A stretch of DNA of 64,000 nucleotides from an uncultured delta proteobacterium (GTDB lineage: Bacteria; Desulfobacterota; RBG-13-43-22). Made by a program: the position numbers and the translations under genes. Below the pieces are notes generated by a model, which worked only from the letters and a program-made list of their open reading frames with translations, had not been told where the DNA came from and searched no databases. The stretch is taken from assembly GCA_963711835.1 (NCBI GenBank), contig CAVQFQ010000005.1:128001-192000 (forward strand), in the 5' to 3' direction. Below, one piece after another: positions 9,455 to 19,680 of this stretch. The first letter of the stretch is position 1. Each line of letters begins with the position of its first letter.

Positions 9455-10537
9455 ATGGCCCAAATCGATGCCTTTTTCCGGTTGATGCACGAACAGGGGG
9501 CCTCGGACTTGCACATGGTCTCCGGGAGCCAGCCGATCCTGCGTATCCGGGGGGAAATGGAGCGGATCAAGTATAAAGAATTGACCAATGAGGAACTCCG
9601 GGTCCTGCTTTTCGAGATCACCCCGGAAGAAAAGATCAAGCAGTTTGAAGAGACCGGAGATATTGATTTCGCCTACGAATTGCCCGGTGTGGCCCGCTAC
9701 CGGGTCAACTATTTCCGGCAACTCTACGGCATCGGCGGGGTGTTTCGGGAAATCCCCAACAAGGTTCTGACGTTGGATGAGCTGGGGCTGCCCATGGTGG
9801 TCAAACGCCTGGCTTTGCTGCCCAAGGGATTGGTCTTGGTGACCGGGCCTACCGGAAGCGGCAAATCAACCACCCTGGCGGCCATCGTCGATCATGCCAA
9901 CCGGATCCGCAAGGACCATATTATCACCGTTGAAGATCCGATCGAATTTGTTCACCAGGGCATCAATTGCGTAGTCAATCACCGGGAGGTCGGAAGGCAT
10001 ACCCGCTCTTTCGCCGCGGCCTTGCGGGGGGCCTTGCGGGAGGATCCGGATATCATTATGGTCGGGGAGATGCGGGACCTGGAGACTATTTCCCTGGCCA
10101 TCGAAGCCGCCGAAACCGGCCACCTGGTCTTTGCCACCCTTCATACCATCAGCGCCTCCAAGACCGTAGACCGAATTATCGAGGTCTTCCCGGCCTACCA
10201 GCAGGCCCAGATCAGGGCCACCCTGGCCGATGCCTTGCGGGCGGTTATTTCCCAAACTCTCTTCAAACGGATTGATCGTAAAGGACGGGTGGCCTCCCTG
10301 GAGATCCTCATCGCCACCCATGCCGTCCGGAATATGATTCGGGAGGGTAAGACCTATCAGATCCCCTCGGTCCTTCAAACCGGGAGAAAATTCGGCATGC
10401 AGTCCCTGGATGATGCCATTATGGACTATTTGAAAAAGGGCTGGATCTCCGGAGACGATGCCTATATGAAATGCGTTGACAAAGAAAAATTCAAACCCTA
10501 TGTCAGTGAATATCTAACGGATTTTACAGAGGTATAA
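9455..10537 (+). CDS. pilT: Type IV pilus retraction ATPase PilT
   Basis: ASDLH, GPTGSGKSTT, EDPIE, ALREDPD and AETGHLVFATLHT. Confidence 0.93.
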   Translation: MAQIDAFFRLMHEQGASDLHMVSGSQPILRIRGEMERIKYKELTNEELRVLLFEITPEEKIKQFEETGDIDFAYELPGVARYRVNYFRQLYGIGGVFREIPNKVLTLDELGLPMVVKRLALLPKGLVLVTGPTGSGKSTTLAAIVDHANRIRKDHIITVEDPIEFVHQGINCVVNHREVGRHTRSFAAALRGALREDPDIIMVGEMRDLETISLAIEAAETGHLVFATLHTISASKTVDRIIEVFPAYQQAQIRATLADALRAVISQTLFKRIDRKGRVASLEILIATHAVRNMIREGKTYQIPSVLQTGRKFGMQSLDDAIMDYLKKGWISGDDAYMKCVDKEKFKPYVSEYLTDFTEV

Positions 10538-10540
10538 CCT

Positions 10541-11719
10541 ATGCGCCAGGCCGAATTGGATGCCGTCCTCTCTCGCATTGTACGGACCTTTCCCCAAATC
10601 TCGGACATCAACCTGACCGTGGGGCGCCCCCTTCAGGTGGATTCCTATGGACAACTGGTCCCGGTAAAACTGAATCCTCCGATCCCTGCCCTGACCCCTT
10701 TTCAGACCGAGGTCTTTTGTCTCAACCTCCTCCGGTCCGACCGTCGCCTGCTGCAGAATCTCTTGCGGGAAGGCTCCTGCGATTTTTCCTATGAGATCGA
10801 AGAGAAAGTCCGTTTCCGGGTGAACGTTTTTTCCCATCGCAATTGCCTGGGGAGCGTTATGCGGAAGCTGCCGGTCCAGGTCCCGACCATCGAGCAGATG
10901 AATCTCCCCCCGGTCTTTAAAAAAATGGCCCAGGAAAAAAACGGCATCATCCTCTTCACCGGGGCGACCGGCACCGGAAAAACCACCTCCCTGGCGGCCA
11001 TCCTGGAAGAAATTAATGAAAAGCTGGCCGTCCACGTCATTACCCTCGAAGACCCGATCGAATATGTCCATGCCCACAAGAAGGCCACCTTCAACCAGCG
11101 GGAGCTGGGCGGCGATTTTGATACCTACGCCCACGGGCTGCGGGCCGCTCTCCGGCAGGCCCCCAAGGTCATTCTGGTCGGTGAAATCCGGGATCGGGAA
11201 ACCATGGAAACCGCCCTGACTGCGGCTGAGACCGGGCACCTGGTCTTCAGTACCCTCCATACCGTGGATGCCGCCCATACCCTGAACCGGATTATGGGCA
11301 TGTTCCCCCTTGAGGAGGAGAAACAGGTCCGCACCCGGCTGGCCGGGTCTCTGCGCTGGATTGTCTGCCAGCGACTTCTACCCCGCCAGGACATCCAGGG
11401 CCGGTATGCGGTCTTTGAAATCCTGATGACCTCACTCCGGATCCAGGATCTGATCCTTAACGGTGAGTCGGAAGGCAAGAGCTTCTACGAAGTGATCGAA
11501 GCCACCCATGGCTTCGGAGGCCAGACTTTTGATCAGGATATTATCGCCGCCTACCTGAAAGGGATTATCAGCGAAGAAACGGCCATTCTTTACGCCTCCA
11601 GGCGCTCGGCTGTGACCATGGGGGTGGATAAGCTGAAGGCCGGCCGCGGCGAAAAAACAACCGATATTGTCGGGCTGAAGCTGGATACCGATTATGAAAA
11701 AAAGGCTTTCCGTGAATAA
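10541..11719 (+). CDS. PilT/PilU-family ATPase paralogue
   Basis: GATGTGKTT, EDPIE, ALRQAP and GHLVFSTLHT. Tandem with pilT. Confidence 0.9.
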   Translation: MRQAELDAVLSRIVRTFPQISDINLTVGRPLQVDSYGQLVPVKLNPPIPALTPFQTEVFCLNLLRSDRRLLQNLLREGSCDFSYEIEEKVRFRVNVFSHRNCLGSVMRKLPVQVPTIEQMNLPPVFKKMAQEKNGIILFTGATGTGKTTSLAAILEEINEKLAVHVITLEDPIEYVHAHKKATFNQRELGGDFDTYAHGLRAALRQAPKVILVGEIRDRETMETALTAAETGHLVFSTLHTVDAAHTLNRIMGMFPLEEEKQVRTRLAGSLRWIVCQRLLPRQDIQGRYAVFEILMTSLRIQDLILNGESEGKSFYEVIEATHGFGGQTFDQDIIAAYLKGIISEETAILYASRRSAVTMGVDKLKAGRGEKTTDIVGLKLDTDYEKKAFRE

Positions 11720-12204
11720 TGTTGAGGAGGGGAAGCATGTCTAACCTCTGGCTGGAGCCGAGTCCGGAAATCCTGAAAGGGAAAAAAGTCCTTTTGGCCA
11801 TGGAACCGTCTTCCATAAATGAGCTTCTTTCCCCGCTTCTGATCGAAGCCGGGGCCCTGCCCAAACAGGTGGGCACGCTGGAGGAAGCCGTCCACACCAT
11901 CCAATTTTCACCGCCCGATTTTATTATTCTTTGTGCCGGTTTTACCACCCACCATCCTCTTCAGAATCCCCTGCTTAACTTTCTCCAAAAAATGCCGGCC
12001 GCCAATCGCAGGAACCTTTTTCTGGTCTGGATCAGTGCCGAAGCAAAAACCAAGGATTACTTATCAGCCTTCGCGCTCAGTGTTCATCTGACGATCCATC
12101 CCGATTACCTGGAGAGTCTGGTGGACCTGATTAACGATTCCTGGAAGGAATGGAAGGAGCTGTACCAGGCTTTCCTTCAAACTCAGGAAGAGGTCTCGAG
12201 ATAG
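11719..12204 (+). CDS. Hypothetical protein with a degenerate receiver-like fold (start may be 11737)
   Basis: Coupled to the pilU stop. Alternating beta/alpha pattern (KKVLLA, PDFIIL, LFLVWIS) with no clear acidic pocket. Confidence 0.65.
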   Translation: MLRRGSMSNLWLEPSPEILKGKKVLLAMEPSSINELLSPLLIEAGALPKQVGTLEEAVHTIQFSPPDFIILCAGFTTHHPLQNPLLNFLQKMPAANRRNLFLVWISAEAKTKDYLSAFALSVHLTIHPDYLESLVDLINDSWKEWKELYQAFLQTQEEVSR

Positions 12205-12211
12205 GCTGCCG

Positions 12212-12487
12212 ATGGCTTCCCGGACTTACCAGAGACAACTCCGCCTGCAGCATTGTTTGGATACGATCCTGGAGGTACATGAATTTATGGGTGGCCGAAC
12301 GATTCAAAGAGAGATTGTCCAGCAGTTGGAAAACTTAAAGGACCTGATCTCCCATTTTCAACCCCAGGACCTGACTGAGCCGGACCTGCTGAAAATTGAA
12401 GTTTCCACCAACCACCTCCTCCTGGAGCTGACCCATATTTTTCGCCTTAAGAAGTTAGGGCCCCTCCACAGCGGGTTGACTCATTGA
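12212..12487 (+). CDS. Hypothetical protein
   Basis: Co-directional ORF 7 nt after the previous stop, followed by a terminator. Confidence 0.65.
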   Translation: MASRTYQRQLRLQHCLDTILEVHEFMGGRTIQREIVQQLENLKDLISHFQPQDLTEPDLLKIEVSTNHLLLELTHIFRLKKLGPLHSGLTH

Positions 12488-12505
12488 AAGCCTCCGGGGC
12501 TTTTT
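12487..12505 (+). terminator. Intrinsic terminator
   Basis: AAAGCC-TCCGG-GGCTTTTT right after the stop codon. Confidence 0.6.
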
Positions 12506-12543
12506 CAGACACCCCCGCTGCCTTTTTTCAGTCCTCCTGACGA

Positions 12544-14046
12544 ATGAGGCAGCTTTTCAACAGCCCTTATTTTAAAACCTATTTTTGTCTTCAGTTGGTC
12601 TTTTTTCTGGGGCGTTCCGTTTATGCCTGGATCTTGCCCCTGAGCCCCCAGGAGGCCTATTATTGGGTTTATACGCTCCATCCCGACCTCAGTTACTTTG
12701 ACCACCCTCCTCTGACGGCCTATACCATTTATCCCCTGACCCGGCTTTTCGGCACCCAGCCCTTTACCATCCGCCTGGGTGGGCTGCTTTATTTTTTCGG
12801 CTTCGGGTGGATTGTCTTCTATCTGGGAAAACGATTGTGGAATGAGCAGACCGGGTTCTTGGCCGCTCTCTTGATCCATCTGCTGCCGACTTTTTCCATT
12901 ACGGCCCTGATCATGACGCCTGACGGGCCGCTCCTCTTTTTCTGGACCCTGGGCCTGCTCTTGGTCCTGAAGGCCTTGCAGGAAAGCCGGGGCTGGTACA
13001 TCGGAGCCGGGTGCAGCTTGGGACTGGCCCTCCTTTCCAAATATACGGCCGTCTTTTTTCCCCTTTCCCTCTTCCTCTTTTTGATGCTTTCCAACGACCA
13101 CCGCCGGCACTTGAAAACCGCCAGCCCTTATTTGGGATTGGCGCTGGCCCTGCTGATCTTCAGCCCGGTCGTCTTCTGGAACACCCGCCACGAATGGGCC
13201 TCCTTTGCCTTCCAGTCTTCCGAAAGGGCGCTGGAAATGAGGCAGTTTTCCTTGAAGGAACTGGTCGCTTTTTTGGGCTCCCAGATGGGCATCCTGACGC
13301 CTCTGGTTTTTTGGGGACTGGTCTGGACCATCGGCTTGGGCCTCAGGCGCTTCTTCCAGCCCGGTCTTTGGGAGGAAAAATTTCTTTTGAGCCAGGGGCT
13401 GCCCCTGGTCCTCTTTTTTACCGCCGTGGCCTTCCTGGAATGGGTCAAGATAAACTGGCTGATCCCGGCCTATGCCCCTCTGATCCTGCTGATGGTCGCC
13501 TATCACCAAAAGCAGTTTTTTAAACAGCCTGGGGTTTATGCCTGGTATGCCAGGTGGGTTTGGATCTTGGCCGGGCTTTTTTTTGTGCTGCTGCACCTCT
13601 GGCCCCTGTCGCCTTTTATCAAGGTTTCAGGCTCCCTGGACACCACCACCGGCTGGCCAGAGCTAGCCTCGGAGGTGGACCGGCATAGACAAGGTTTCCC
13701 AGGCTCCCGGGAACCCTTCATTTTCGCCTGGGGCCACAAAACAGCCTCGGAGCTTCGTTTTTATTTAAAAGGGCGGCCTCCGGTCCAGGCCCAGACGGTG
13801 CTGGGCAAAAAGGCCCTGGCCTATGACTATTGGTTCGATCCGGCGCCGCTGATCGGGCGGGATGCCCTTTTTATCTGGTCGGAATTTGAAAACTTTCCGG
13901 AAGAAAAATCCGGACTCCTGGAGCAGTACTTTGCAAAGGTCGAAAAAGTCCGGCCTTTTACCGTCTATCGTGGACCCCATCCCCTGCGGACCTTTTATAT
14001 CTATCGCTGCTATGGTTATAAGGGCTACGCGTTTAACCGTCCCTAA
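12544..14046 (+). CDS. ArnT/PMT-like membrane glycosyltransferase (GT39/GT83)
   Basis: EAYYW, SYFDHPPL, TPDGPL and LLSKY, with many transmembrane segments. Confidence 0.88.
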   Translation: MRQLFNSPYFKTYFCLQLVFFLGRSVYAWILPLSPQEAYYWVYTLHPDLSYFDHPPLTAYTIYPLTRLFGTQPFTIRLGGLLYFFGFGWIVFYLGKRLWNEQTGFLAALLIHLLPTFSITALIMTPDGPLLFFWTLGLLLVLKALQESRGWYIGAGCSLGLALLSKYTAVFFPLSLFLFLMLSNDHRRHLKTASPYLGLALALLIFSPVVFWNTRHEWASFAFQSSERALEMRQFSLKELVAFLGSQMGILTPLVFWGLVWTIGLGLRRFFQPGLWEEKFLLSQGLPLVLFFTAVAFLEWVKINWLIPAYAPLILLMVAYHQKQFFKQPGVYAWYARWVWILAGLFFVLLHLWPLSPFIKVSGSLDTTTGWPELASEVDRHRQGFPGSREPFIFAWGHKTASELRFYLKGRPPVQAQTVLGKKALAYDYWFDPAPLIGRDALFIWSEFENFPEEKSGLLEQYFAKVEKVRPFTVYRGPHPLRTFYIYRCYGYKGYAFNRP

Positions 14047-14051
14047 ATCTA

Positions 14052-16220
14052 TTAAAAACTGGAGAGCTGCCTCAGCCTTTCCTTTAAAAAACTGTAACGC
14101 CCCTGGGGTTTGTTGTTTTTAATGCCGATGGCCAGGGCCTTTTTGGTCCCGATCAGGATCAGTAAGCGCTTGGCCCGGGTCATGGCGGTGTAAATGAGGT
14201 TTCGCTGCAGGAGGATATAATGCTGGGTCATGACCGGCAGGATCACCGCCGGATACTCGTTGCCCTGGGACTTGTGGACCGAGATGGCATAGGCCAGCAC
14301 CAGTTCCTCCAGTTCATTAAATTCATAAAGGACGAAACGGCCGTCGAAGTTCACCCAGGCTTCCTGGTTCTCGGAGTCAATTTTAACCAGGCGGCCGATA
14401 TCCCCGTTAAAAACCTCCTTTTCATAGTTGTTGCGGATCTGCATGACCTTGTCCCCTAATTTAAAAAGCCGCGGCCCCCGTTGGAGGGTCAGGGTTTCCT
14501 GGTTTAAGCGTTGCTGCAGCAGGAGGTTTAAGTTCTCGGCCCCGACTGCGCCTTTATACATGGGGGTCAGGACCTGGATATCCTGAAAGGGGTCCAGTCG
14601 ATAGCGCTGGGGAATTTTTCCCTGAACCAGTTCCAGGATCCACTGGGCCGCCTTTTCCGGTTCTTCTTGCGGGATAAAGAAAAATTCCTGGTTTCGCCGG
14701 TCTTCCTCCTGGGGAATGATGGGCATATCGCCCTGATGGATCCGGTGGGCGTTGACAATGATCAGGCTTCCTTCGGCCTGCCTAAAAATCTGTTTTAATT
14801 CAACGACCGGGATCCGGCCGGATTGGATCAGATCGGAAAGGACATTGCCCGGGCCTACGGAAGGTAACTGAAAAACATCCCCGACCAGTATGACCACCGC
14901 CTGATCAGGCACGGCCTTGAGGAGATGATGCATCAGGAAGGTGTCGACCATGGAGGCCTCATCCACCACCACCAGATCGGCGTTGAAAGGGTGGTCCTGG
15001 TCCTTCTGAAATTTCCCCAATTTGGGATTATATCCCAGGGCCCGGTGGATGGTGGCGGCCGGGTAATGGGTCACTTCCCCCAGGCGCTTGGCCGCCCGCC
15101 CGGTAGGCGCCATCAAAACTCCCTTTTTCCCCAGCCGTTTAAAGATCTCCAGGATGGAACGAATGATGGTGGTCTTTCCGGTGCCGGGCCCTCCGGTGAT
15201 GATCAGCACCTTGTGTTCCAGGGCCTTTTGGATGGCCTCCTTCTGCTGCTCGGAAAGATGAAGCCGCAAGGCCCCCTCGACCTGGGCCAGGACCGCTTCC
15301 AGACCTTTTTCCTTTTTAGGCAGGCCCTGAAGCAGGGCGGTCACCCGGCGGGCAATGCCTTCCTCGGAAAGATCCAGATAGGGCAGGAAGATCAGCGGCA
15401 GGCCGTCCGATCGGGTGCGCTGCTGAAGCTGATGCTCCTTCAGCAGGAGCGCCAGGGTTTCCTTGACCAGGGACTTGGGGATCTCCAGTTGGTTCGAGGC
15501 TGATTCCAACAGCTCTTCTTCCGGAAGGCAGGCATGCCCTTCATCGCTTTTTTGCTGCAGAAAATAAATCAGCCCGGCCTGCCGGCGGACCGGGGCCTCC
15601 TTGGCAATACCCATCTTCTGGGCGATCCGATCGGCCGTCAAGAATCCCACCCCGAAGAGATCGGCGGCCAGGGCATAGGGATTCTCTCTGATTTTACTGA
15701 CGGACTGCTGCCCGTAGGCCTTGAAGATCTTAAAGGCCAGCCCGGTCGTCACCCCGTGGCCCTGTAAAAAAATCATGATCCGCCGGATTTCTTTCTGCTC
15801 CTGCCAGGCGGCTTTAATCTGGACAATGCGTTTGGGGCCAATGCCTTCCACCTTGGCCAGCAGGCGGGGTTCTTTTTCAATTACGTCCAGGGTCTTGAGG
15901 CCGAACTGTTTAATGATCCGCTTGGCCATCTCCGGGCCGATGCCCTTGATCAACCCCGATCCCAGATAGCGTTCAATGCCCAGGACCGTGGCCGGGACCT
16001 GGGATTCATAGCTTTCAACCCGGATCTGAAGGCCGTAGCGGGGGTGCTGCTCCGTGCTGCCGGTAATCTTCAAAATTTCGCCGGGAGAGACAGAAATGAG
16101 ATTTCCAATGATAGTGACCAGCTCTCTCAGGCCCTTGACCTTTAACTTGGCGATGGTAAAGTGGTCGGCTTCGTTAAAATAGGTCACCCGCTCCACCTGG
16201 CCTTCCAGGGTGATCGGCAT
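14052..16220 (-). CDS. recD2: RecD2-like ATP-dependent DNA helicase
   Basis: IKGIG HhH, NPY, TGGPGTGKTT, APTGRAA, DEASM, GDVFQLPSVG and SVHKSQG. Start set at MPITLEG. Confidence 0.93.
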   Translation of the reverse strand: MPITLEGQVERVTYFNEADHFTIAKLKVKGLRELVTIIGNLISVSPGEILKITGSTEQHPRYGLQIRVESYESQVPATVLGIERYLGSGLIKGIGPEMAKRIIKQFGLKTLDVIEKEPRLLAKVEGIGPKRIVQIKAAWQEQKEIRRIMIFLQGHGVTTGLAFKIFKAYGQQSVSKIRENPYALAADLFGVGFLTADRIAQKMGIAKEAPVRRQAGLIYFLQQKSDEGHACLPEEELLESASNQLEIPKSLVKETLALLLKEHQLQQRTRSDGLPLIFLPYLDLSEEGIARRVTALLQGLPKKEKGLEAVLAQVEGALRLHLSEQQKEAIQKALEHKVLIITGGPGTGKTTIIRSILEIFKRLGKKGVLMAPTGRAAKRLGEVTHYPAATIHRALGYNPKLGKFQKDQDHPFNADLVVVDEASMVDTFLMHHLLKAVPDQAVVILVGDVFQLPSVGPGNVLSDLIQSGRIPVVELKQIFRQAEGSLIIVNAHRIHQGDMPIIPQEEDRRNQEFFFIPQEEPEKAAQWILELVQGKIPQRYRLDPFQDIQVLTPMYKGAVGAENLNLLLQQRLNQETLTLQRGPRLFKLGDKVMQIRNNYEKEVFNGDIGRLVKIDSENQEAWVNFDGRFVLYEFNELEELVLAYAISVHKSQGNEYPAVILPVMTQHYILLQRNLIYTAMTRAKRLLILIGTKKALAIGIKNNKPQGRYSFLKERLRQLSSF

Positions 16221-16284
16221 CTTCGGTTTTAATGGGTTTTCCAGGGGGTGCCTTCTTTTATCTCGATGTTGCGAAAGTTGAGGT

Positions 16285-18378
16285 TTATTTTCCCAGGACC
16301 AGCCGCACATCCAGAACCCGGCAGCCCTGACCGGCGTCAAAAACCATGATGGGATTGATATCGATCTCGGCGATCTCGGGGAAATCAACCAGCAACCGGG
16401 AAAGGCCCAGGAGGGTTTCAACAATGGCTTCAATATCGGAGGGTTTTTGGCCCCGTACTCCTTTCAGGAATTTGATCCCTTTGATTTCTTGGATCATGGA
16501 GCGGGCTTCGATACGATTTATGGGAGCCACCCGCAGGACCACATCGCCGATCACTTCCACATAGATGCCCCCGATGCCGAAAAGCATAACCGGCCCGAAG
16601 TTGGGGTCCTGTTTCCCCCCCAGGATAACCTCCCTTCCCCGGGGGCTCATTTTTTGTAAAACGACGGTGAAATCTTCCATCCCGCCCGGTTCCCGCTGGG
16701 CCACCTCCTGCATCTGATAATAGGCTTGCTTCAGATCCTCGGCATCCTTGATGTGAAGGATGATCCCGCCAATATCGAATTTATGGGCTACATAGGGGAT
16801 GGCCAGCTTAAGGGCCAGGGGATAGCCCAGGGCTTCCGCTTGTTGGAGGGTTTGATCCAGGGATTGGGCCAAGGCAAAGGGAGCCACTGGAAAGTGATAG
16901 TGGCTCAGGACTTCCAGGCCTTCAAAAAGATAGAGGGGCCGGTTGGCGGCCTTGGCCCTTTCAAACACCTGACTGACGGCTGCCCGGTCAGGTTTCCTTT
17001 TCCTGACCTCGCTTTTTAATCCCTGGACCTTTTGCCGGGTAAACCGGAGCGACAGATAAAGGGCCTGGGTGGCCTTTTCCGGGGAGAGGAAGATGGGCAT
17101 GCTGAATTGTTTCTTGATGTAGGAGATCTCCAGGTCGTCGGAAAAGATGCAGACCGCCACGGGTTTTTGATACCGCAGGGTCAGTTCTTCGGCTTTTTCG
17201 ATTAATTTCCGTGAACCTTCCTTCTCACGGCCTTCCCGGTAGCCGTGAATAAGCAGGACCCCGTCGATGTCTTCCCGCTTCAAAGTTTCTTCGACGATCT
17301 GGACATAGATCGGCAGATCAAACAAGTCTCCCAGATCCAGGGGGTTCGACAGCTTGATGACGCTGGCCCGAAGGTGCTTCTCAATTTCCTCCAAAAAGGT
17401 GCGGGGGAAGGCCGGCAGATGAAAATCGTATTTGGAACAGGTATCGGCTGCAATAACGGCATGTCCCCCGGACCGGGAGATAACAGCCAGGCGGTTTCCC
17501 TTTAAGCGCGGCAGGGTCAGGATTTTGAGGTAATTAATGGCCTCCTCGAAGTCTTGGACCCGTATGGCCCCGGCCTGTTTCAAGGCGGCCTCGACCACGT
17601 TATTATCCGACAGCAGAGCGGCCGTATGGGAGAAAGCGATCTGAGCACTGACCGGGGCGATGTTGGACTTTTGGACGACAATGGGTTTGGTGGAGCGACT
17701 GATGATTTCCAGCAGTCGTCGGCCGTTGGTCAGGCCCTCCAGATAAAGGCAGATCACCTCGGTGCCGGGATCCTGGATGAGGTATTCCAGGAGGTCGTTT
17801 TCATCCACGTTCAGTTTGTTGCCCATGCTGACAAATTTATTGATCCCGATATTTTCACTGGCCAGGAAGCCGATGTAGCTCAGGCCTACTCCGCCGCTTT
17901 GGGCCAGGATGGACACATGGCCCAACCTCATTTCCTTGTGCATGGCCATAAAGGGCAGGCAGAGCCCGTTCTCCATGTTGATATTCCCGATGCCGTTGGG
18001 GCCGATAAAGCGAATTCCATAGCGGTTGGCCACCGAGATGAGTTTCTCCTCGAGTTGGGCCCGTTCCTGGGAGAATTCCCGAAAGCCTCCCGATTCGATC
18101 ACCACCCGTTTAATCCCTTTCCGCCCGCACTGATCCAGGATATCGGCGATGGTCAGGGCCGGGGTTAAGATAACCGCCAGATCGATTTCAGCCTGGACCT
18201 GACCAAGGTCGGGAAATATTTTTTGCCCGTAGAGGACCCCTCCTTTGGGGCCGACGGCATAGATCTCCCCGGTAAACTGAAATTCAATCAGATTGGAGAT
18301 GATATTTCTTCCCAGATTGTCGGCCGAGTTCGAAACCCCGATAACGGCCAGACTTTTAGGATAAAAAAATTTTTCCAT
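16285..18378 (-). CDS. Acetate--CoA ligase (ADP-forming) family, fused alpha/beta
   Basis: PKSLAVIG, IGPN, QSGG, SMGN, NPLDL and the ATP-grasp C-terminus (DPNFGPVMLFGIGG, EIDINP). Confidence 0.9.
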   Translation of the reverse strand: MEKFFYPKSLAVIGVSNSADNLGRNIISNLIEFQFTGEIYAVGPKGGVLYGQKIFPDLGQVQAEIDLAVILTPALTIADILDQCGRKGIKRVVIESGGFREFSQERAQLEEKLISVANRYGIRFIGPNGIGNINMENGLCLPFMAMHKEMRLGHVSILAQSGGVGLSYIGFLASENIGINKFVSMGNKLNVDENDLLEYLIQDPGTEVICLYLEGLTNGRRLLEIISRSTKPIVVQKSNIAPVSAQIAFSHTAALLSDNNVVEAALKQAGAIRVQDFEEAINYLKILTLPRLKGNRLAVISRSGGHAVIAADTCSKYDFHLPAFPRTFLEEIEKHLRASVIKLSNPLDLGDLFDLPIYVQIVEETLKREDIDGVLLIHGYREGREKEGSRKLIEKAEELTLRYQKPVAVCIFSDDLEISYIKKQFSMPIFLSPEKATQALYLSLRFTRQKVQGLKSEVRKRKPDRAAVSQVFERAKAANRPLYLFEGLEVLSHYHFPVAPFALAQSLDQTLQQAEALGYPLALKLAIPYVAHKFDIGGIILHIKDAEDLKQAYYQMQEVAQREPGGMEDFTVVLQKMSPRGREVILGGKQDPNFGPVMLFGIGGIYVEVIGDVVLRVAPINRIEARSMIQEIKGIKFLKGVRGQKPSDIEAIVETLLGLSRLLVDFPEIAEIDINPIMVFDAGQGCRVLDVRLVLGK

Positions 18379-18428
18379 GATGCCTTCTCCCCTTCGATCT
18401 TCCACTCGTTACCCTCTTCCGGCAGCCT

Positions 18429-19358
18429 TCATTCCGGAAATTCGGTCAAGGCCGTGCTTAGGTAGCGTTCACCGGTATCGGGAAAAATCACTACGATTAA
18501 TTTTCCTTTGTTTTCGTTTCGCCGAGCCACCTCCAGGGCCGCCCAAAGAGCCGCTCCGGAGGAGATGCCGCAGACGATCCCTTCTTCCCGGGCCAGGCGC
18601 CGGGCGGTCTCCAGGGCCTCCTCATTGCCGACCGGGATGATCTCATCCAGGATCTTCCGGTTTAAAATCTCCGGGATAAAACCGGCCCCGATCCCCTGGA
18701 TTTTGTGAGGACCGGGACTGCCGCCCGAGAGGACCGGGGAATCCTTGGGTTCCACGGCCACGACCCGAAAAGTGGGTTTTCTGGATTTCATAATCTCCCC
18801 TACGCCGGTAATGGTCCCGCCGGTTCCGACCCCGGCCACCAGAATATCCGCCCGGCCCTCGGTATCCTGCCAGATCTCTTCGGCCGTGGTTCGGCGATGG
18901 ATTTCGGGGTTGGCGGGATTCTTGAACTGCTGAGGGATAAAAGAACCGGGCGTCTGTTCGGCCAGTTCCGAGGCCGTGCTAATGGCCCCTTTCATCCCTT
19001 GACTGCCCGGCGTCAGGACCAGCTCGGCGCCCATGAGTCGCAGTAGTTTCCTCCGTTCCAGACTCATGGTTTCGGGCATGGTCAGGATCAGTCGGTAGCC
19101 TCTGAGGGCGCAGACCAGGGCCAAGCCGATGCCGGTATTTCCGGAAGTGGGTTCAATGATCACGCTGTCCGGGGTAAGAGCGCCTTCTTTTTCTGCGGCC
19201 TCGATCATAGCCAGGGCGATCCGTTCTTTGACGCAGCCCAAGGGGTTAAAAAACTCCAGTTTACCCAGCACCTCGGCCAGGCACCCCTGGGTGATTTTGT
19301 TTATTCGGACTAAAGGTGTTTTTCCAATGGTTTCGGCTATGTCGTTAAAAATTTTCAT
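18429..19358 (-). CDS. cysK: Cysteine synthase A
   Basis: [40 protein letters not shown] and DTGERYLS. Confidence 0.96.
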   Translation of the reverse strand: MKIFNDIAETIGKTPLVRINKITQGCLAEVLGKLEFFNPLGCVKERIALAMIEAAEKEGALTPDSVIIEPTSGNTGIGLALVCALRGYRLILTMPETMSLERRKLLRLMGAELVLTPGSQGMKGAISTASELAEQTPGSFIPQQFKNPANPEIHRRTTAEEIWQDTEGRADILVAGVGTGGTITGVGEIMKSRKPTFRVVAVEPKDSPVLSGGSPGPHKIQGIGAGFIPEILNRKILDEIIPVGNEEALETARRLAREEGIVCGISSGAALWAALEVARRNENKGKLIVVIFPDTGERYLSTALTEFPE

Positions 19359-19362
19359 CAAT

Positions 19363-19420
19363 CCCCCCGGGCCTCAGTCAGGCAATAATTCGCCAATACC
19401 AAAACTTTTGAACGATCCTA
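19363..19420. repeat. Fragment: tip of the B repeat plus right arm of MITE D
   Basis: CCCCCCGGGCCTCAGTCAGGCAATAATTCGCCAATACCAAAACTTTTGAACGATCCTA aligns with 52145-52201. Confidence 0.85.
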
Positions 19421-19515
19421 AATTATTGGATTTCCGGATGCATATTTGGGTAGTTTAAAAAATAATTGGATCGGGGTCAATCGTATAATCAGCCGGCCTT
19501 CTTTTAATTTAGCTA

Positions 19516-19544
19516 TTGACAAGACAGGCAAAGGATCCTATGAA
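19516..19544 (+). promoter_or_regulatory. Candidate sigma70 promoter for the L,D-transpeptidase
   Basis: TTGACA-17nt-TATGAA. Confidence 0.5.
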
Positions 19545-19565
19545 AATCAAATTGCCTTTAATGCC

Positions 19566-19657
19566 TTATTAAGGCCTCAAAATAATAGTGACCAACAGGT
19601 TCCATTTAAGGCAAGCCCCGCAATTTCAGGTCAAGACTATTATGAGACCCTTAATAA
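19566..19657. mobile_element. MITE A, empty copy (92 bp)
   Basis: Colinear with 8593-8625 plus 8841-8894. Has GGTTCC (19598-19603) where B1 sits in the other copy. Confidence 0.88.
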
Positions 19658-19680
19658 GTTGGAAAACAGAGATTAGAACG

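Noticed and set aside
12505-13596. 363-aa antisense ORF, and similar long shadows at 22621-23529, 10514-11278, 46649-47422 and 57622-58674
   Set aside because: They lie opposite well-supported genes, have no recognisable motifs, and are expected from GC-rich codon bias.
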